64,000 bases of DNA from IMG/VR virus record IMGVR_UViG_3300020473_000023, positions 1 to 64,000 of that record. One strand, given 5' to 3'. Position numbers and translations under genes: made by a program. The stretch comes from a virus. The notes under the pieces are model-generated. The model did not search any database. It worked only from the letters and a program-made list of their open reading frames with translations, and was not told the DNA's origin. Shown piece by piece: positions 57,635 through 64,000 of this stretch; the first letter of the stretch is position 1, and each line of letters begins with the position of its first letter.

Positions 57635-58623
57635 TATTCCTCATCTTTAGATGACTCAATTTTATCTAAGATCTCTTCAACCTTGGCAACTGCCTCCTTG
57701 TCGCTCTCTTCTGCTAGAGCACTCTGAATTTTCTTAAGCTCTTCGCGAGCAGCTGAGGTGTCAACAGGCTCCTCTTCGACAGGCTCCTCTTCGGGGTCAA
57801 AGATATCATCAACACAAAGCTCGCCGCTTATCTGAAATCCTGCAGCTTTTTTGTGACCACCGCCTCCAAAACTCTTTGCAATCTCAGAAACATCAACTGC
57901 ATCATGAAAAGCCCTTAGGCTTACCTTGTTGATTCTATCCTCATGATCATAATACCATATAACAGCAAAGTCGCAATCAGGTGCAAGCCTAGCTCCGATC
58001 TCAGACATCCAGTGAGAAGAATTAACTACTATGACCTTCATTCCCTTATATTTTCTTACAACTGCCTTTTCACAAACCTTTTTAATGACTGTTTTACTAT
58101 AAGCAAGTATGTAAGATCCACGCTTAACAGCATCATCAAACACAGAATCATCTTCAAACTTCTCAAACTCTTCAAACTCGAATGGCACCATGTCAAATGC
58201 AGCACTAAACTCTTTTGAATAATCAAGCTCCCACTTCCAAAGATCTCGATCCTGAATATACTTGATAAACTTCGGCGGCTCTTTTCCTGGGTGAAACCAC
58301 TCCCATGCAAGCATTGCTCCGGATTTTGTCATATCAAAATGTGTGTTCGATATATCGTGAAGCTCTACCATCGCAGACTTATGGTGATCAATGACCAGCA
58401 ATGAGTTTGCTTCATCAATCATCTTCTTTGTCGTGGCATTGTCAAAGGAAAAATCTAAGATTACCACATTTTTTCCTTTGACATCTGGTGGAGGTGTGCC
58501 ATGTTTGCAAGCGTAGTATTCTGTTCTATTTCCTAAAAACTTCCAGGCTGAATAAGCCGCACCGAATCCGTCAGTACAGTTTGCATGGTAAATTACACAA
58601 TTCACACTGCTTGGTTCAATCAT
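57634..58623 (-). CDS. DHH/DHHA1 phosphoesterase
   Basis: YH..C.DG, IDHH, DRDLW, SLR, GGGGH..AAG. Confidence 0.9.
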   Translation of the reverse strand: MIEPSSVNCVIYHANCTDGFGAAYSAWKFLGNRTEYYACKHGTPPPDVKGKNVVILDFSFDNATTKKMIDEANSLLVIDHHKSAMVELHDISNTHFDMTKSGAMLAWEWFHPGKEPPKFIKYIQDRDLWKWELDYSKEFSAAFDMVPFEFEEFEKFEDDSVFDDAVKRGSYILAYSKTVIKKVCEKAVVRKYKGMKVIVVNSSHWMSEIGARLAPDCDFAVIWYYDHEDRINKVSLRAFHDAVDVSEIAKSFGGGGHKKAAGFQISGELCVDDIFDPEEEPVEEEPVDTSAAREELKKIQSALAEESDKEAVAKVEEILDKIESSKDEE

Positions 58624-58658
58624 TTTTTACCCACCTGAAACAATAAGTTCATCAATAT

Positions 58659-59216
58659 CTATTTTGACTGATTCATAAAACTGTGATGAAACCAGGATCT
58701 TGGCTCATAGAGCTCAGAGCCACCGACAGTAATTTCATCAAGACCAGAAAGCTTTCTGTGTGTATAGTACGCATCCTGCCCGGAAATTGGACACACAGCG
58801 GGACAAACCTCAATCTTTGTTGCCCATGGCATCATGTCTCTAATTTCCTCAAAAACATTTCCACTAGCAGAAAGCTGAAGTGAAGATACTACAACAGTCT
58901 TTCCCTCTCTAAAGAGGGAGAGAAGTGCTGATGCAGAACCATCTATCATAAAAGCCTCATCTACGGCAATAACATGAATATTTTCTTTATCCTGTAGATA
59001 TTTTAATATATCTTCACCAGTTTTTACACATGTGGCTGAAATCTTTCCCCCTGAATGTGTACAGATCTCACCTAAAGAATACCTGTCGTCCATTGCAGGC
59101 TTAAAGCAGACAATATTTCTATTTTGATATCTAAATCGATCTAGAGTTGCCATAAGCCTGGTCGTCTTAGATCCAAACATGGGACCAGTAAAAATTATAA
59201 ATTCAGGAATTCTCAA
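58659..59216 (-). CDS. tdk: Thymidine kinase
   Basis: GPMFGSKTT, D.RY, TH, VDEA, GG...YEPR. Confidence 0.9.
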   Translation of the reverse strand: MRIPEFIIFTGPMFGSKTTRLMATLDRFRYQNRNIVCFKPAMDDRYSLGEICTHSGGKISATCVKTGEDILKYLQDKENIHVIAVDEAFMIDGSASALLSLFREGKTVVVSSLQLSASGNVFEEIRDMMPWATKIEVCPAVCPISGQDAYYTHRKLSGLDEITVGGSELYEPRSWFHHSFMNQSK

Positions 59217-59634
59217 CTATAACCTCCGCAAGGTGTGCAAATGACTTATCCTCTCTTCCATAGTCGTCAATAATTCTAATTACACTATGATTTCTAGTGT
59301 CCCCTATTTCAAATATTATTGAATCTACTTCGGCTGTTATTCTATATGGACACTCAGATTGAATATTTAAGCACTCACCTTGAGACAGCGTCATCTTTCT
59401 CATTGGATGATTTGAAGGGTCTTCAAAAAATCCCTGATCTGCACAGTCAACAGAAACTCTCCCTTGAACGACAAATAAAGTTTCTGTCTTAACTTTATTC
59501 ATTTTAAAACTTAGCCTCTTTCCAGCTTCAATGGTTAGAATTTTTCCATAAGCATTTGGTGCTGTCCATGAAACCTCTGTGCCCCACGGCTTTACGTGAT
59601 TGTTGGAGACACCTCCCCATATTGCCTTACTCAT
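59203..59634 (-). CDS. Cupin (mannose-6-phosphate isomerase C-terminal-like)
   Basis: KPWG.E, K.L.I..G.RLS, K.ET, RI.DDYGR. Confidence 0.75.
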   Translation of the reverse strand: MSKAIWGGVSNNHVKPWGTEVSWTAPNAYGKILTIEAGKRLSFKMNKVKTETLFVVQGRVSVDCADQGFFEDPSNHPMRKMTLSQGECLNIQSECPYRITAEVDSIIFEIGDTRNHSVIRIIDDYGREDKSFAHLAEVIVENS

Positions 59635-60631
59635 CTTTAAGACCCCACCACTCAACTGTTCTTTCTAGTCCCTCCCAAATTCTCACAACAGGCTCATACC
59701 CAAAATCTTCTCTAGCATTTGTAATATCTGCCTGAGTGTGCATAACGTCACCCGGCCTCCACGGTGCGTCAGTCACCTCTATATTAGGAAATTTATCTCT
59801 GAAGAAATCTAAGATTTGATTGTTTGTTGTTCTATCTCCGCAGGCAATATTATAATACTGTCCCTCAAAATCATCATCTCGACTTGCTACTAAAATATTA
59901 GCCTGAACAACGTTGTCAATATAGCAAAGGTCCCTTGACTGTGTTCCATCTCCATCACTCCTTAGGGGAAGGCCTCTAAGGACAGCATTGCACCATGCAG
60001 AAACAGCTGTTGAATACGGAGAATCTCCATACTGCCCTGGGCCAAATACATTAAAATATCTTAGGCACACAATATCAATATTATAAAGATTGCAAAAAAC
60101 ATTTGCGAGGTCTTCAATTGAAGATTTCTGCCAAGCATATGGAGATTTGGGGTCCTTTGGGTGATCTTCTGAAGTAGGCATTAAATCTGCCCCTCCGTAA
60201 ACAGAAGAGGATGATGCCCAGACAATTCTTCTAACGTTTCCAACACATGCTTCAAATAACCTGACAGTAGATCCAATATTTGTATTTGTTGTTATAGAGG
60301 GATTTTCAACAGAAAACAAGACTCTGGGTATTGCTGCCTGATGAAATACAACATCATATTTTCTCTGAGATATTTGATAAATTATTCCATCGGCAGCGAA
60401 GTCATCCTGAATAACCACAACAGTTTCCTGACCCCTTCCTGACTGTTTGTTAAATTCCGGGAGAAACTCTGAACTCGGAATTACTCTAAAGCTTAGCCCT
60501 TCTAAAAGCTCTAGATGGCCGTTTGACATATCGTCTACGATGTCAACTGTCCAGCCTTGACTGACAAGCTCTTTTGTTAGATTTGATCCGATGAATCCAC
60601 ATCCGCCTGTAACTAGTGCTCTTTTTTCCAT
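59627..60631 (-). CDS. NAD-dependent nucleotide-sugar epimerase/dehydratase
   Basis: GGCGFIG, ASSSSVYG, YAWQK, LRYFNVFGP, DG.QSRD. Confidence 0.92.
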   Translation of the reverse strand: MEKRALVTGGCGFIGSNLTKELVSQGWTVDIVDDMSNGHLELLEGLSFRVIPSSEFLPEFNKQSGRGQETVVVIQDDFAADGIIYQISQRKYDVVFHQAAIPRVLFSVENPSITTNTNIGSTVRLFEACVGNVRRIVWASSSSVYGGADLMPTSEDHPKDPKSPYAWQKSSIEDLANVFCNLYNIDIVCLRYFNVFGPGQYGDSPYSTAVSAWCNAVLRGLPLRSDGDGTQSRDLCYIDNVVQANILVASRDDDFEGQYYNIACGDRTTNNQILDFFRDKFPNIEVTDAPWRPGDVMHTQADITNAREDFGYEPVVRIWEGLERTVEWWGLKDE

Positions 60632-60650
60632 ATTTCTACCTCGGTATATC

Positions 60651-61559
60651 TTACTCAAGAATGTGTGCAGAGTTTAAAGTGAAATGCATTCTACAAAAAT
60701 TACATCCTTCACCAAGCAGGCTCCAGCATTCTGAAGCTATAAAGTATAGAAACTTTAAATCGTGCTGAAACTTGTTATTAATATCTGTTGATCTACAGAC
60801 AAATCTGATATCTAGGACTCCGCCTCTGTTGAGAATGTGAATCATTGAGATGCAGGTATCTTCTGTGAACACGTACCTTCTAGAGCCTATACCTTCTTTT
60901 CTTTCATACGGATTATTTCCTGCTTGCTCATCATCTATTTTATTCATCAGTGTGTTGTAGATGTGACAATAGTATTCTTTCTCTGACTCCTCACTCATAG
61001 AAGATATATCTGACTCTTTAAATTCACCATCGTCATGAAGTGTAAAGGTTAGTTGATTGCACTCCTTGTTTGGAAAGTGTTTGACAAAATTCCCAATCTG
61101 GCCGTAGATCTCTTTTAAGCTTAGATTCTTTTCAATGCAATTATGATAGTCAACAACCATGCTTGCAAGACGCCCTGATGCTCCATTCATAATGCCATAG
61201 ACGTTTGAGAGTGCAGGCCATCTGGCAAACTCTTTGTAAAAGTAATCATACGAATCCTTAAGAGATTCAATTGTGTGAATTTCATCTCCCCGGTGATTGT
61301 ACCTTTCTCTAAGGACCTCAAATGTAGGCATCATAAAAACATATCTGTTGTTAAGATTGCTAACCTCTTCATAGAATTCTCTAGTTGCTTGATCGACATC
61401 TCTGTTATACATCTTAGAAAATACCATTCTTGATAGCTTCGACCTATCCATTAGATGCCATCGGTAGTCAGTCTTTTTGTGAATGTCACTAATAAGTGTT
61501 GTCTTTCCAGAAAGGTCTGGCCCTTCAATGGAGATCATATTGATTGGAAAAGTTAGCAT
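60651..61559 (-). CDS. dNMP kinase fused to a thymidylate-synthase-like (dCMP-type) domain
   Basis: IEGPDLSGKTT and DRS at the N-terminus; RR...C...RSTD.......D and SAH at the C-terminus. Confidence 0.72.
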   Translation of the reverse strand: MLTFPINMISIEGPDLSGKTTLISDIHKKTDYRWHLMDRSKLSRMVFSKMYNRDVDQATREFYEEVSNLNNRYVFMMPTFEVLRERYNHRGDEIHTIESLKDSYDYFYKEFARWPALSNVYGIMNGASGRLASMVVDYHNCIEKNLSLKEIYGQIGNFVKHFPNKECNQLTFTLHDDGEFKESDISSMSEESEKEYYCHIYNTLMNKIDDEQAGNNPYERKEGIGSRRYVFTEDTCISMIHILNRGGVLDIRFVCRSTDINNKFQHDLKFLYFIASECWSLLGEGCNFCRMHFTLNSAHILE

Positions 61560-61568
61560 TATCCTACC

Positions 61569-64000
61569 TCACACATTAATCTTTCTCATCTTGTAGGAAG
61601 ATGTACTACATCCCCAAGATTCAGTTGATGCAACTTCAGCAATCCATATTGTATATGGATCAGGAACTTCTTTAAACTTTGTCCAGACTCTAAGCCAGCA
61701 GCTTTCAGAATTGTTATCGCAAACTCTCATTCTATAGAATATCTTTCCATTCTTGGTCTTCTTCTCAATAATTTCCTGAATGCAGAACCAGACTACATCT
61801 TTTGTCTTTCCAGAGAGTGCAGTAATCGGCTTAAGTTCAGACTTCTTAATCTTTTCCATTATCTTGGGAGGAAAGACAAGCGTCTCGTCAGCTCCTGACA
61901 TTAAGTCAACACTGAACCCGATCTTTAGGGTTCGAGACCAGTCAGCAGACCCGTAGTTGTCAACAATAAGCTTAGGAACAAATTCCTCAACAGTTGCCTG
62001 TGTCTTGAGGAGGCGCTTATGTGCAGTCTTTGTCATCCCATACCTACCTTTCTTCAATTGATCATAGTTTCCAACAATTATATCATGAAGCTGTCTGTGA
62101 TTTTGAATTTCTCCTTGGGATATTTCTGCTATACTTCCAAACGCCTCTACCTTACAAAGAGAATCAAAGGCTGTTTTATTTAGCTTGGAAGGCTTCCACT
62201 TCCCATCTTCTGTAAATAAAATATCATCAAGGGTGCTATATGGTCTATTTTCCATAATCTCAGTAACAGCAGATCCTCCAACACCTTTGATAGCAGTAAG
62301 CGGTGGTACGAACCCTTGCCTTTCTTCACTATACACCCAGACGTCTGAAGAAGCATTGATATCGGGTTGAAGGATTTTATATCCTAGTGACTTGATCTCT
62401 GCTATGATCTTTGCAAACTTTGGAGATCCGTTCCACGTCTGAAGGCATGTAGCGAGCCATTCCTTTTCATGGTATGTGTGTAACCATGCAGAATAATATG
62501 AATCAACAGCGTAGGCGACCGCATGTGACTTATTGAAGCCATAGGCAGAGAACGCCTCAATTGTCTCGTAGAGCTTGGTTGCTTTGTCTTCTGCCATGCC
62601 AGATAGTTTAACGGCACCTCCAATAAACTTCTCTCTAAGGTCAGCCCTCTCTTTTGCCTTTTTGTCATTCATGTCAAGAGACTTCTTGACAAGAGTCTTT
62701 CTCATCTTATCTGAAGCGCCTTTGTCGAATCCGCACAGCTTTTGTGCAATAAGCATGAACTGCTCCTGAAAGACGACGAATCCACGGCTTTCGCTTAGGA
62801 GATCTTCAAGGACAGGGTGGTCGTATGTAATGCTTTCAATGTTTTCACCGGCCCGAACATATTTCCTATGAACGTTAGCTGCAAGGGGTCCTGGTCGATA
62901 GATTGCTGTAATGGTTGCAAGGTCTTCAATAGATCTAGGCTTGGCAGCCACACAGAAGTTTCTAGCACCTGTATTTGTGAACTGAAATACTTGGACGAAT
63001 CTCCCATCGTGATAAACGTATTCCCAAACCTTTTGATCATCCATCTTGTGAAATCTACTATTTAGATTTGCATCAAAGAATTCATTAATATCGTCAAACG
63101 TAGGATTTTCTACGCCTTGGTTTCTTAGGATGAGTCTGATAGAATCTTCCACCATTTTAAGAGTTGCTAGCCCAAGAAAGTCAAATTTAAGAAATCCATT
63201 CTCTTCAAGGTGCCTCCAGTTCATTCCTTCTGACCACGGTGTTTGAAGCTCACCCCTAACTTTAATGACAGGCATACTGCTCTCAAGATCTGGGCAGACT
63301 AATACACCGCCAGCATGGCGACCGATCGATCTAGGCTCCATAAAGAGAGATTGAACGTGCTCTGCAATCTTAGGGTTATCGTTCATAAATTCCCGATAGG
63401 GTTCGCTGTATTTCATGCAGTCCTCATGAGAAAGAACATATGTTGACTTTTCCTCATGATCACCCATGGCTCTTGGCATTACCTCTCTTTCCAGCGGACC
63501 TGTTAGAGCGTTTATCTTATCAAAAGGAATTCCATAAAACTTAGAAACGTCCTTAACAAGTGACCTTAACTTTAAAGTGTTAAAGTTGGAGACAGGTATG
63601 ACAGAGTCTTCGCCAAAGAGCTCTCGAGAGACATCGATGAGTACATCTCTATCACCTACGTCAGAATCAATATCAGGCCAAGAAGCCTTGTGAATGCCAA
63701 GAAATCTCTCGAACAGAAGCCCATATTGAATAGGGTCAATGTGGGTAATCCCAAGGACATAGTTTACTAAGCTTCCGCCACCAGAACCTCGACCCGGACC
63801 GAGTAGAGTTCTATGCTGAGACTTCTCAAACACCTTAGTTAGAGTCAAGAAGTAATTTTCAAAGCCTAGCTGCTTAATAACAGACATTTCCTCCCTAATC
63901 CGATTGACGTACTCGAGATTGTCATGAAGCCCTTCTTTGATCATTCCCTGCTTTACCTGTTCAACAAGCTGAGTAAACGCAGGCTTCTCAGGTGTTCCGA
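61569..64000 (-). CDS. dnaE: DNA polymerase III alpha subunit (5'-partial)
   Basis: GPGRGS, PDIDSD, GRHAGG, KFDFLGL, YRPGP, FNKSHA; frame stays open to the window end. Confidence 0.96.
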   Translation of the reverse strand, partial: GTPEKPAFTQLVEQVKQGMIKEGLHDNLEYVNRIREEMSVIKQLGFENYFLTLTKVFEKSQHRTLLGPGRGSGGGSLVNYVLGITHIDPIQYGLLFERFLGIHKASWPDIDSDVGDRDVLIDVSRELFGEDSVIPVSNFNTLKLRSLVKDVSKFYGIPFDKINALTGPLEREVMPRAMGDHEEKSTYVLSHEDCMKYSEPYREFMNDNPKIAEHVQSLFMEPRSIGRHAGGVLVCPDLESSMPVIKVRGELQTPWSEGMNWRHLEENGFLKFDFLGLATLKMVEDSIRLILRNQGVENPTFDDINEFFDANLNSRFHKMDDQKVWEYVYHDGRFVQVFQFTNTGARNFCVAAKPRSIEDLATITAIYRPGPLAANVHRKYVRAGENIESITYDHPVLEDLLSESRGFVVFQEQFMLIAQKLCGFDKGASDKMRKTLVKKSLDMNDKKAKERADLREKFIGGAVKLSGMAEDKATKLYETIEAFSAYGFNKSHAVAYAVDSYYSAWLHTYHEKEWLATCLQTWNGSPKFAKIIAEIKSLGYKILQPDINASSDVWVYSEERQGFVPPLTAIKGVGGSAVTEIMENRPYSTLDDILFTEDGKWKPSKLNKTAFDSLCKVEAFGSIAEISQGEIQNHRQLHDIIVGNYDQLKKGRYGMTKTAHKRLLKTQATVEEFVPKLIVDNYGSADWSRTLKIGFSVDLMSGADETLVFPPKIMEKIKKSELKPITALSGKTKDVVWFCIQEIIEKKTKNGKIFYRMRVCDNNSESCWLRVWTKFKEVPDPYTIWIAEVASTESWGCSTSSYKMRKINV

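Overview
64 kb of a large dsDNA (jumbo-type) phage genome in the standard genetic code, with almost all genes on the minus strand. Recognisable genes: DnaE-type polymerase (cut by the window edge), a nucleotide/sugar metabolism cluster, GroEL, a sigma70-like factor, TilS, IMPDH/GMPR, a RadA-like ATPase, a MoxR/VWA pair, SOD, several methyltransferases and lipoproteins, and seven dispersed CCA-encoding tRNAs. No capsid, terminase or portal gene is recognisable here. Main observations: (1) about 20 unrelated proteins share an amphipathic 'MKI[ST]xxxLRxIIREE / LLREYIRE' tag, and their transcription units are headed by an ATAnTTA motif, which suggests a late-expressed virion-cargo addressing system. 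(2) A second promoter class, RTGTAA-N17-TATAAT, occurs ten times. (3) The sigma factor stops just before its region 4.2 recognition helix, and the next gene encodes a stand-alone HTH (possible split sigma). (4) A dNMP-kinase/thymidylate-synthase-like fusion carries the dCMP-type Asp and lies next to sugar and sulfotransferase genes (possible new cytosine modification). (5) There are about 15 small 'GDLV' SH3-like paralogs. (6) Several candidate structured RNAs are present, one complementary to a ribosome-binding site shared by two ATPase genes. All protein calls come from motif recognition by eye; no database searches were run.
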